From assembly GCA_049318005.1 (NCBI GenBank), contig JBMOHE010000003.1, forward strand, positions 5,183 to 69,182: 64,000 nucleotides of DNA, written 5' to 3'. The notes under the pieces are model-generated. The model was given only the letters and a program-made list of their open reading frames with translations. It did no database searches and was not told where the DNA came from. The DNA comes from Patescibacteria group bacterium (GTDB lineage Bacteria; Patescibacteriota; Patescibacteriia; Patescibacteriales; UBA12465). The position numbers were made by a program, and so were the translations under genes. Positions 47,203 to 55,616 of this stretch are shown one piece after another (position 1 is the first letter of the stretch; each line of letters opens with the position of its first letter).

Positions 47203-50200
47203 ATGAAAAAAAACAAACTGATTATTTTTTGGCTTATTGTTATTTTGTTTGTGCCACTTATTATTTTAAATGTCACTCTTGCCCAAACAAATACGTCTGC
47301 CAATAATTCTAGCGGCTCTTATGTGAATAGTAATGATGCTATCGGTGTAAGAATTATTCCAAATAATGATCATCTCAGTATTTCTAGCTGGTATAAAAGT
47401 AAGGGTTTCACTGGCGCGCCTCAAGCTTTGATAGTGGACGGTTATGAGGCTATTCGTGATGGTCGAACGGTTTATGTAAATGCAGCCAACGTTAAGGGAA
47501 AACAAATTTTTACAAATATTTATTTGATTTCATATAACCAGGATCCTTCAATAAAAACTATTGATATTCTTGGCCAAATTGTTAAAAACTGGAAATTCAA
47601 TACTGACTTAGTTGAGAGAACTAACCCAGCTCCAAGCTGTGAAATATCTTCTGTATCTTGCACGACAAATGCGGATTGTGTTTCCAACCAAATATGTAGC
47701 ACTTCGGCTAATGATTCACCTTATTCCTTTTCTACTCCTAATTCATGCCAATTAAAAACAACTAAATATTGTCTAACTGACAGTGACTGTCCTACGAGCT
47801 TTTTCTGTAGTAGTGCTAAAGCAAAAATAATTAGAGACATGAAAAGAATTAGCAAGACTGAAGATTTAAAAGAAGCCTTATATAAGTATAAATCAGCTAA
47901 GGGATATTACCCTAAATTATCAGCTGGGAGTTATTTAAGTAATCAAACTATCTCTGCTTGGCCAAGTTGGTCCGAATCTTTTTTATCAGAATTATCTCTG
48001 CCTAGTATTACAGATCCAGTTAATCGTTTAGGCGCTTGTCCTGGTTATGACGCTAAGACTTGTTGGAATAAAGATACAAGAAGATTTTATAGTGCGTCTA
48101 ATGGAAGTTTGCTATTACCAGCTGGAAGCTTTGGTTTTGTTTACAAAACTGATTCTCAAGGATCAACCTTTGATCTTTGCTCTGTTATGGAGACCAGGGA
48201 ACCGACAACCGATTTGAACTTTCAATTTTCACCGGCTATGCCAGTTAATTCAAATTGTGTTTTAGCAACTGGAGTATTATCTAACGGAACATTATCTAAT
48301 ACCGCGCCTCATATAACTAATTCCTATTTAATGGGTGATACTGGGCAGGAATTTAAAGGCTCGCTTGAGGTTGTTGATAATCAGAATAATCCAATGACTT
48401 GGGATTTTAATACAAGTGGAGTTAATTGGATTCAAGCCGGCTGGAGCGCGGCACCTACCCTAAAGGAGACGGCTAATCCTAATCAGAAGAAAATAACCGC
48501 GGTTAAAGCTGGTAACCCTGGCGTTTATCCGGTTAAACTAACGGTTACCGATGGAGTTAAAATCAATGGCCTAGTTGGGACTTTAAGCACAACTACTAAT
48601 ATAGTAATTGTTAATCCAAAATCATTTATTGAGGCTGAAAATGCTGAATATTTACTAAATCCAAAAACGACTTTTAATTATAGTTTTTATTTTTCAGATG
48701 ATAATTTGGTCGATTATAAAACGGCGTTTAAAGTGACAGCAATTAGTAGTAGTAATGCCTATAATCCCTTGAGTGCTCCAAGCTCTGTTGAAGCGGCAGG
48801 GATAAATCGTTATAAAGTAAATTACTTGGTAAAAATACCAGTTACAAGTAAATTTTATTTCGATGCTAATTATATTTATCGTTTAACGGTTAGTGATAAA
48901 TTTAGAGCGGAAACAACCAAGGATATAAAAATTGCCATTAAAAGCGCGGCCCCTAATTTGAATTTTAATTGTTCAAGCACTGGACGCTTGGGCTCAACTT
49001 ATTCTTGTTTACTTGGCCCTACTGAGCAGGCAGACCAAAAATTAACTTATTCTACTAATGGTTTAAATTTTGGAGGTTTAGTAATTACGAGTAACGCAAC
49101 TTCGTCATATTTAAGTTCTCAAGAAACTAATCTGCCAACTAGTGGTTCTAGTAGCACTACTGTAAGTATTAAAGTTACTAATGAATATGGCGCATCAACA
49201 ACAAAAGCTTTCAATTTAAGTCTTAAGACTTATTGTGGAGACGGAATTTTACAAGATAAAGAACCTAATACTGAGGCACGGGGTGGTATTTATAATGACG
49301 GTTATGAAGATTGTGATGGAACGGCCGGTGTTGCAACTTCGGTTTCAACTAGTTCGAGCAAACAATATGCTTGTACAACTTTTAACAAAAATACGCCTAA
49401 TCCAATTGTAACTAATGGATACTGCGTATTTAAGTCACCGGTTAATGGTGGCGGTTTCTGTGGTGACGGATATTGTCAAACAAAATATGAAAATAAGGAT
49501 AATTGTGATCAGGATTGTTTATCTATTTGTGTTCCTACTTGTGAGGCAAAGGGAAGTGATTGTGGTGATAATGGCTGCGGAGGAATTTGCGGGGAATGCA
49601 GTATAGGCGATGAATGTTTTGGGGGCAAGTGCTGTATGAAGGAGGCAACCATTAAAACTTCATTTTATTCAGGTAATCAGGCAGATGAAATAATTGAGGT
49701 TTATTTCAATGGCAAAAAAGGAGCCTTGTCTTCTAGCGGGAGTTTTGATGGGGTCGTTTCTCATGGTAAGAATGTTTTAGCAATTAAGGCAGATGGTTTT
49801 GAGTCTTTTGACAGAGCTATAGTTGCTAAACTTGACCAGATTTCCCAAACTATTAATCCAGTCACAAAACAAGCAAAAAACGCTTGTCGAGCCGTGACGA
49901 CCGATAATTTAAAAAATTGGAAATGTCGAAATACTATTAATAACGGAAGCTATATTACTCAAACTTGGGCAGATTTAGATTATAATGATTCTTCTTGGAC
50001 AAACCCAATAAATACTGGGACCACGACCCAAGGAGCAAATATTTGGGCCCTAGATTTTCTTGATGATGAACAATCAAAAACATCGCAGCAATTAACAACG
50101 GCTTATTGTCGCTATACTTTTACTGGAGACCAGTTAGATAGTGATCATTCAACTCCTGATTGCGCTGGTAAAGAATGTGGGCCAAACGGGGTTGGCGGCT

Positions 50201-51687
50201 CTTGTCGCCCAAATAATTGCCCGGCGATCAATATTGATTCAGCAAATAATAAACCTAACCAGAATTTTAAATGTAATGAGACTTTAGGAAAGTGTGAATG
50301 TACAAAAGATACGGCCGAAACAAGAAATGCTAACAATAACAAAATTGCTGGCCAAGAAGGCTCAGCTTGTGGAACTTTCAGTGATACTTGTAACGGCATG
50401 ACTAAGGCTGGAAATATTTGCGGGGAAGGCTTGTATTGCAATCTTTCAACTGCCAACAATAAAGCAAAAAATTATTATATTGGTGAGCATAGCTATGTTG
50501 CTCTTGGTATACAGATTTATGATAATACTTCAATTACTGAAAATGGTGGGGATCTTTCTCACAAGAATGACTACCAATTCATTACAAAGGGTTGTAATTC
50601 TAATGCGCCAGACAATACCTGCCAGAAGAAATGCTGGGACACTAGTATTACTAAAGAGTTGACCGTTAGACAAGGTGATATTCCTGAGACAACTACTTGT
50701 GCTCTTGCAAGTAAGAAGGAGGACCCTGATTGTGATGCTTCGGGCTACGCTAATCCAGCTTGTCCTAGCGATTGCGATGCAACGCGTACTGAGCTTACAG
50801 GAGGAAAAGGAATAAAGAATGACAGTTGCGTTAGAGGTTATTCTTGTTGGTTTGGCATGGCTACTTGTTATGAGTGGAATCGAAGATTGGCTTGGAGTTG
50901 CAGTGAAACAGTAACTACAAGAGCCTTTTTCGGTCAAAGTTGTGGCGCTGGCAATAATGCTATTGATGCTAGTGGTAACTGTACTTGTAAACCGATTGAT
51001 TGTGCTGGAAAGTGTGGGTCTAATGGATGCGGAGGTGTTTGTAATAACGGTTTATGTGGCGATTCTCAAATATGTAGTAGCGGCACTTGTGTAAGCTGTA
51101 GTCATGATTGTAGCGGTAAAGCTTGTGGTCAAGAAAATAGTTGTGGTGAAAAATGTTCTAGCGGTTCTTGCCCAACTTTGTCAAATGGAGTAGCGTTGAC
51201 TTGTGAAAATAATACTTGCACGTGTAAGCCTAATTGCGCCGGTAAGACCTGTGGCGCAGATGATAGTTGTGGAGGTAAATGTTATAATGTAAATAATACT
51301 TGTGGCGCAAGCCAATATTGTACAACCTTTGGATGTAGAGATAGCTTTGGAGCGTGCGAAAGTCAGACAGACAATTTGGACTATCAAGAAGTTTGTTGGT
51401 CTAAGGATAGCGAAGGGACTTGCCCGGCAAATAATCCGTATAAGTGCCTCTGGTTTACCGGCGGAACCTGTAGCAGCCTTAAAACTACTGGCCCCGCGCT
51501 TCAGGCTTGTGCAAGCATTTTAACTCGATCAGCCTGTAAAGCAGCAACCCCGACAAATTTATGCAGATGGATGTCTGACGGTTTCTGTACTAGCTTAGAA
51601 ATGAGCAAGAAATTAAGTTGCAAGATTAATCGCACTTTTGGTGACTGTGAAGCAGCCGCTGATTGCAGCTGGAATACTCTTGAATAA
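47203..51687 (+). CDS. Giant Cys-rich secreted protein 3 (1494 aa) with an embedded pseudopilin-like globular domain
   Basis: N-terminal signal/anchor. Residues about 205-330 (nt about 47815-48192) resemble type IV pilin/GspG globular domains (RDMKRISKTEDLKEALYKYKSAKGYYP...LPSITDPVN...FVYKTD...FDLCSVME). Repeated CxGKxCGxxxxCGGxC units and CGDG...CD repeats are also present. Confidence 0.8.
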   Translation: MKKNKLIIFWLIVILFVPLIILNVTLAQTNTSANNSSGSYVNSNDAIGVRIIPNNDHLSISSWYKSKGFTGAPQALIVDGYEAIRDGRTVYVNAANVKGKQIFTNIYLISYNQDPSIKTIDILGQIVKNWKFNTDLVERTNPAPSCEISSVSCTTNADCVSNQICSTSANDSPYSFSTPNSCQLKTTKYCLTDSDCPTSFFCSSAKAKIIRDMKRISKTEDLKEALYKYKSAKGYYPKLSAGSYLSNQTISAWPSWSESFLSELSLPSITDPVNRLGACPGYDAKTCWNKDTRRFYSASNGSLLLPAGSFGFVYKTDSQGSTFDLCSVMETREPTTDLNFQFSPAMPVNSNCVLATGVLSNGTLSNTAPHITNSYLMGDTGQEFKGSLEVVDNQNNPMTWDFNTSGVNWIQAGWSAAPTLKETANPNQKKITAVKAGNPGVYPVKLTVTDGVKINGLVGTLSTTTNIVIVNPKSFIEAENAEYLLNPKTTFNYSFYFSDDNLVDYKTAFKVTAISSSNAYNPLSAPSSVEAAGINRYKVNYLVKIPVTSKFYFDANYIYRLTVSDKFRAETTKDIKIAIKSAAPNLNFNCSSTGRLGSTYSCLLGPTEQADQKLTYSTNGLNFGGLVITSNATSSYLSSQETNLPTSGSSSTTVSIKVTNEYGASTTKAFNLSLKTYCGDGILQDKEPNTEARGGIYNDGYEDCDGTAGVATSVSTSSSKQYACTTFNKNTPNPIVTNGYCVFKSPVNGGGFCGDGYCQTKYENKDNCDQDCLSICVPTCEAKGSDCGDNGCGGICGECSIGDECFGGKCCMKEATIKTSFYSGNQADEIIEVYFNGKKGALSSSGSFDGVVSHGKNVLAIKADGFESFDRAIVAKLDQISQTINPVTKQAKNACRAVTTDNLKNWKCRNTINNGSYITQTWADLDYNDSSWTNPINTGTTTQGANIWALDFLDDEQSKTSQQLTTAYCRYTFTGDQLDSDHSTPDCAGKECGPNGVGGSCRPNNCPAINIDSANNKPNQNFKCNETLGKCECTKDTAETRNANNNKIAGQEGSACGTFSDTCNGMTKAGNICGEGLYCNLSTANNKAKNYYIGEHSYVALGIQIYDNTSITENGGDLSHKNDYQFITKGCNSNAPDNTCQKKCWDTSITKELTVRQGDIPETTTCALASKKEDPDCDASGYANPACPSDCDATRTELTGGKGIKNDSCVRGYSCWFGMATCYEWNRRLAWSCSETVTTRAFFGQSCGAGNNAIDASGNCTCKPIDCAGKCGSNGCGGVCNNGLCGDSQICSSGTCVSCSHDCSGKACGQENSCGEKCSSGSCPTLSNGVALTCENNTCTCKPNCAGKTCGADDSCGGKCYNVNNTCGASQYCTTFGCRDSFGACESQTDNLDYQEVCWSKDSEGTCPANNPYKCLWFTGGTCSSLKTTGPALQACASILTRSACKAATPTNLCRWMSDGFCTSLEMSKKLSCKINRTFGDCEAAADCSWNTLE

Positions 51688-51713
51688 TAATTTCACACTA
51701 TAAAATAATTTAT

Positions 51714-52043
51714 ATGAATATAAATCTAAAATTAGATAAGAAAAAAATAATTATTATTGGTTCGGTGGCCTTAATAATAATTTTAATTATTGTTTTCTCT
51801 ATCGTAATCTATCAAAAAAATAAATCAGCCGAAAATAATGGCGCAACTAAAACTGAAAAAATTTTTACGCCTGATTTTCTAAGCACTGAAGAAAAAACTA
51901 AGTTAGAAATTCCAACCGAGGTAAAAATTCAAGCGATGGCTAGAGATAAGAACGGTAAGGTTACTGTTTATAAAGTTATCAAGGGAACTTCTGATGTTGA
52001 AGATCCAGCTAAAGTTGAACCTATTAGCCCAAGATCTAAATAA
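51714..52043 (+). CDS. Small single-pass membrane protein
   Basis: One TM helix (IIIIGSVALIIILIIVFSIVIY). Co-directional with the cluster. Confidence 0.55.
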   Translation: MNINLKLDKKKIIIIGSVALIIILIIVFSIVIYQKNKSAENNGATKTEKIFTPDFLSTEEKTKLEIPTEVKIQAMARDKNGKVTVYKVIKGTSDVEDPAKVEPISPRSK

Positions 52044-52133
52044 ACAATTAAAACTTGCTGGTCAAGCAAAAAATTATTCGCTATAATTTAAATATTAATA
52101 AATAAGCCGCTTAAAGCGGTCACTCAAAAATAT

Positions 52134-52883
52134 ATGTTTAACGATCTTAATAATCCTAATGCCTCTGGTCATGCGGCCGTTGACGATATTTTTGCTGAAA
52201 CCGATAAAACGAACCAAAATAGCATGCCGTCAGACATTGAAACCCATAGAGTTGGTTTAGCAAATAATGGCAGTGTAGCGCCTTTGGTCAGCAATACTTT
52301 ATCTGAAAATATGGTTGAAACTCAAGGTGGTAAAAAAAATTATTTAAGAATTGTAATTATTGTTGTAATTGTTATAGCTATTTTAGGTGGTGCTTATTTT
52401 ACCTATTCTCAGTTTTTTGCGCCTAGTACTCAGGAAATAATTGCTACTACGACTCCTAAAGTTGAAAAGAAGGCTGTTGAGTCACCACTTGCTCCAAAAA
52501 CAGAGGATACTGGATTTGTTCCTGTTATCCCAGAGGCTGATCAAACTCCAGCCGTTGAATCAACTACTAGCGAAACGGATATAATTCCAAATACAGATGT
52601 TCCTACTACTGAAGATATAAATACTCCATCAGTCGATTTAGCTGTAGATTCAGATAGTGATGGCTTAACGGATGCTGAGGAGAAAATAGCCGGAACTAAT
52701 TCTAATGTTATTGATACTGATAATGACGGCCTAAGTGATTATGAGGAAGTAAAAATTTATTTAACTAACTCGCTTGCCGCCGATACTGATGGAGATTCTT
52801 ATTTAGATGGCGCCGAAGTTAAGGGTGGTTATGACCCTAATGTTAAGGGCGGAAAACTCCCTGGCAATACACCTAAAAATTAG
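52134..52883 (+). CDS. Single-pass membrane protein with thrombospondin type-3-like Ca-binding repeats
   Basis: A TM helix followed by DSDSDGLTDAEE, DTDNDGLSDYEE and DTDGDSYLDGAE. Confidence 0.7.
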   Translation: MFNDLNNPNASGHAAVDDIFAETDKTNQNSMPSDIETHRVGLANNGSVAPLVSNTLSENMVETQGGKKNYLRIVIIVVIVIAILGGAYFTYSQFFAPSTQEIIATTTPKVEKKAVESPLAPKTEDTGFVPVIPEADQTPAVESTTSETDIIPNTDVPTTEDINTPSVDLAVDSDSDGLTDAEEKIAGTNSNVIDTDNDGLSDYEEVKIYLTNSLAADTDGDSYLDGAEVKGGYDPNVKGGKLPGNTPKN

Positions 52884-52906
52884 TTTTTTTGGGTTTAATT
52901 TTCCTT

Positions 52907-53107
52907 ATGTTAAAAAGTAATAACTCTAAACCAAATTCGCGACCAAGTATGTTTGGCGGCAGCGTTAAAAGGCCGACTCTTTCCCTGAACCTACATACTA
53001 TGCCGCAAACAATTACTAGCCACTGGACAAGGTGGCTGGTTTTAGGTTTTGTTATTTTATCTATATTTGCGGTAGCCTCATTCTTGCTTTATTCTTTTAC
53101 GCAATAA
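52907..53107 (+). CDS. Small C-terminally anchored membrane protein (66 aa)
   Basis: ATG at 52907 with a C-terminal TM helix (WLVLGFVILSIFAVASFLLY). Weak call. Confidence 0.35.
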   Translation: MLKSNNSKPNSRPSMFGGSVKRPTLSLNLHTMPQTITSHWTRWLVLGFVILSIFAVASFLLYSFTQ

Positions 53108-53110
53108 TCT

Positions 53111-54157
53111 ATGTTTGGCGCTAAAAAGAAAATAAAAAAAAATGATGAAAGTGCGGAGATAACTCTAAAAGTTAATTCTGATTTGCTTGTGCGTAATATG
53201 CCCAGCTTAGCAAAGCTCACTAATACTTCGCTATCTTCGAACCTAAAACCAGCTCAAGCAAGCCATAATGTTCTATCCTCGATTGAAAGGCCGACTGGCA
53301 ATAAGCACCAGACGGTTGGAATATTGATTATTCTAGGCGGCTGCATTTTAATTGGAGCCTTGGTTTATTTGAGCTATATTTTTATTATTAAACCGCAAGC
53401 CGCTAGCAATGTTAAAAAAGTGGTAGCTCCTGAACCAGCTAAAAATAGCGTTATAAATATTAAACCGGCTACTAGCAGCGAAGAAATAATTACACCGGTA
53501 GCAAGTATCGTTGCGACTATTACGCCAACAGCTCTGGGTTTAGAAGATATCGCTTCGACGACTACTATGGCCGAAGAGTCGACTGGACGAAATAGTATTG
53601 ATTTACCACCTCTTCTCGATACTGATAGTGATGGCTTAATTGATGATGAGGAAACAGTTTTAGGCGCAAACCCTAATGCCGAAGATTCAAACAACAATAA
53701 TTATAAGGATGCAGCTGAGCTAGCTAATAACTATGATCCAGCCGGAAGCGGTAAAATTGAGACTAATAAATATTTAGCCAAATATGCCGACAATGCCAAT
53801 ACTTATGATTTTTTATATCCAAAAGATTGGGAATTTAGTATTTTAAATAATAATTCAATTATTATTTTTAATTCACCAGACGACTCAATTATCCAGGTTT
53901 CTGTCCAAGAAAATACTACTAAACAAGCTATTCTAGCTTGGTATAACGAGTCTTTCCCTGACAGCGCACTTACTAGTGACAGGTTAAAATCGACGGGTAC
54001 TTGGGATGGAGTTATGAGCGACGACGGTTTAAATTTTTATTTAACTGATAAAAAAAAGGCTAATATTTACGTAATTTCATATATTCCAGCCGTGATGAAT
54101 CGCCTTGCTTATCCAAATATATTTAAGCTAATGATAAACTCATTAGTAATAAAATAA
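53111..54157 (+). CDS. Single-pass membrane protein with one DxDxDG repeat and an unknown C-terminal domain
   Basis: TM helix (VGILIILGGCILIGALVYLSYIFII), then DTDSDGLIDDEE, then a globular C-terminal region of about 130 aa. Confidence 0.65.
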   Translation: MFGAKKKIKKNDESAEITLKVNSDLLVRNMPSLAKLTNTSLSSNLKPAQASHNVLSSIERPTGNKHQTVGILIILGGCILIGALVYLSYIFIIKPQAASNVKKVVAPEPAKNSVINIKPATSSEEIITPVASIVATITPTALGLEDIASTTTMAEESTGRNSIDLPPLLDTDSDGLIDDEETVLGANPNAEDSNNNNYKDAAELANNYDPAGSGKIETNKYLAKYADNANTYDFLYPKDWEFSILNNNSIIIFNSPDDSIIQVSVQENTTKQAILAWYNESFPDSALTSDRLKSTGTWDGVMSDDGLNFYLTDKKKANIYVISYIPAVMNRLAYPNIFKLMINSLVIK

Positions 54158-54158
54158 A

Positions 54159-54187
54159 TAGACAATCAGCCTAAATTTTGCTATAAA
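54159..54187 (+). promoter_or_regulatory. Putative promoter of the ncRNA/RT operon (extended -10)
   Basis: TAGACA at 54159-54164, a 17-nt spacer, then TGc-TATAAA at 54179-54187. The predicted TSS at about 54192-54196 coincides with the first base of the ncRNA closing helix. Confidence 0.45.
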
Positions 54188-54194
54188 TAAGATA

Positions 54195-54388
54195 TTAGCT
54201 AGCTTATAAAGTCGTCGTAGCCACCTAAATTTATTTAGGGTACCAAAAATTATAGTATTAGTCGTCTTATTCGTTGGTACCGTGGCGCCTAGTAGTATAA
54301 TTAGCACCCATCACTGGGTTCAATACTATTTTCGATTTGTGATGCGCCGTTTGGTGGCATCGCGCTACGGCGACTAGCTAGTTTTTTT
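54195..54388 (+). ncRNA. Structured non-coding RNA immediately upstream of the RT (retron msr-msd-like or DRT-type ncRNA candidate)
   Basis: A 247-nt gap with no ORF. The long-range closing helix is 54195-54221 paired with 54364-54381: 11 bp gtcgtcgtagc/gctacggcgac plus 6-7 bp tagctag/ctagcta, with a 5' bulge. Internal hairpins are 54224-54239 (cctaaa/tttagg), 54239-54281 (ggtaccaa/ttggtacc) and an extended imperfect hairpin at 54284-54348. It ends in T7 (54382-54388), 16 nt before the RT ATG. Confidence 0.55.
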
Positions 54389-54404
54389 ATAGTTAATATT
54401 TAAT

Positions 54405-55616
54405 ATGAAAAATCAGATTATTGATCTAGCGAATATTAAACAGGCTTACTTAGACCTTGCAAATCAATTTGAAGAAAAATTAAAGACGACCCGTTATACC
54501 GGGTTTGATTCTGTTAAGTTAACAGATGTTGATTATAAGGCTACCGGTATTTTAGATGAGGTTAGGTCTGATTTAGTAAATTCTGCACCGCTTACTCCAG
54601 TTAGATTAGTTAATATTTTAAAAAAAGACGGGAAAAAAAGGGAAGTTTTCATTTTGACTGTTAAGGATAGAATTAGAGCTAGGGCAATTTATCGAATTTT
54701 AGAACCACTGTTTGAGTTAAATTATAGTCCTTATCTTTTTTCCTATCGCTCAAGTCACCCCAGCGCCTATGCGGCTCGGAGCGTTGCTAGACGCTACCAT
54801 CGTTATTTTGGCCAGGATTATGTCATGACAATTGATATAAAAGATTATTTTAATTATCTTGACCATGATGTAATTAGAAAACAGCTCACTGCGCTTGGCA
54901 TAAAAAACGATGTTCTAGAAATGATTGAGCCATTTTTTAAGATAAAACTCTGGCAGAATGGCAAGCTAGTTACTTGGGATAAAGGAATCCCTCAAGGTAC
55001 TCCTTTCAACTCTTTATTTTCAAACTACTATTTAACAGATCTTGATAACGAGCTAGGCTCAAAGGTCTCTCTCTATAGGCGAGTCGGTGACGATTTAATT
55101 GCCTTTGATAAAAATAAGGAAAAATTAGAAGAAGTTTTTAATCTAGCTAAAAAAAGAATTACCGATCTCGGGCTAGTAATTCAGGATAAAAAAACTCATT
55201 TTGCTAAGAATACTGAGGAATTTTCCTATTTAGGTTATCTTTTTAAAGATAATTCTCTCCGTTTACGTTCTGGGCTAGTTCGAGAATTAAAAATTGCTTG
55301 GCATAAAGAATTAAAATATAATCATTCTAGTTTAGAAAAAAAAGTTTCAAAATTAAAAAGTTTGTGTTTTTTCTCAGAAAATAATTTTCAAACTCAGTTT
55401 TTAGAAATTTTAAAACAGCATCAACAGCTAGATGACGATGAGGGGGTTAAGCAGTTGTCTAATCAATTCTATAATTATGTAGCGGCTTATCTATTTGGTA
55501 AAGCGACGCCGAGAAATAGGCGTTTAGCCAAAGAAAAACTTAAAGAAATAAAAATACCTTCTTTTTATGAGTATTACTTGGCCTACAGACGGGGCAAAAA
55601 AAAGTCCGCGGCTTAA
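54405..55616 (+). CDS. Reverse transcriptase (403 aa), non-intron, non-DGR type
   Basis: RT motifs in order: 1/2 KKDGKKREVFILTVKDRIRARAIY; 3 SYRSSHPSAYAA; A YVMTIDIKDYFNYLDH; B GIPQGTPFNSLFSNYYL; C YRRVGDDLIAF (nt 55083-55094 encode VGDD); D/E KTHF...FSYLGYLF. An alpha-helical thumb-like tail follows. Confidence 0.9.
   Translation: MKNQIIDLANIKQAYLDLANQFEEKLKTTRYTGFDSVKLTDVDYKATGILDEVRSDLVNSAPLTPVRLVNILKKDGKKREVFILTVKDRIRARAIYRILEPLFELNYSPYLFSYRSSHPSAYAARSVARRYHRYFGQDYVMTIDIKDYFNYLDHDVIRKQLTALGIKNDVLEMIEPFFKIKLWQNGKLVTWDKGIPQGTPFNSLFSNYYLTDLDNELGSKVSLYRRVGDDLIAFDKNKEKLEEVFNLAKKRITDLGLVIQDKKTHFAKNTEEFSYLGYLFKDNSLRLRSGLVRELKIAWHKELKYNHSSLEKKVSKLKSLCFFSENNFQTQFLEILKQHQQLDDDEGVKQLSNQFYNYVAAYLFGKATPRNRRLAKEKLKEIKIPSFYEYYLAYRRGKKKSAA

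Noticed and set aside
54210-54266. DRT2-like rolling-circle template (neo-type endless ORF) between the duplicated AGUCGUC boxes.
   Set aside because: The repeat-to-repeat interval is 50 nt, which is not a multiple of 3. My hand check found stop codons (TAG/TAA) in two of three frames on the sense strand and several on the antisense strand, so a concatemer would not give a stop-free ORF. The repeats may still matter for alternative pairing.
54314-54330. A tRNA/tmRNA-like T-arm, because of the GGGTTCAATAC string inside the ncRNA.
   Set aside because: The sequence after the putative T-loop (ctatt) is not complementary to the putative 5' stem (ctggg). There is no acceptor-like stem or CCA context.
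54364-54388. Reading the 3' arm plus T7 as an ordinary local intrinsic terminator of the upstream 348-aa gene.
   Set aside because: There is no local hairpin immediately before the T-run. The 3' arm pairs only with a segment about 160 nt upstream, just downstream of a promoter-like element. The helix therefore more likely closes a discrete RNA domain. Attenuation of read-through into the RT remains possible and is noted in the finding.
54158-55616. RT locus as a diversity-generating retroelement. It sits next to large surface-protein genes, and DGRs are common in CPR.
   Set aside because: I found no template/variable repeat pair. The upstream RNA region has no visible near-copy in the 3' ends of the neighbouring genes I compared by eye, notably the 53111-54157 gene. 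Motif B is PQG type rather than the DGR (I/L)GxxxSQ type. There is no Avd-like small ORF. A computational TR/VR search over the whole genome would still be the decisive test.
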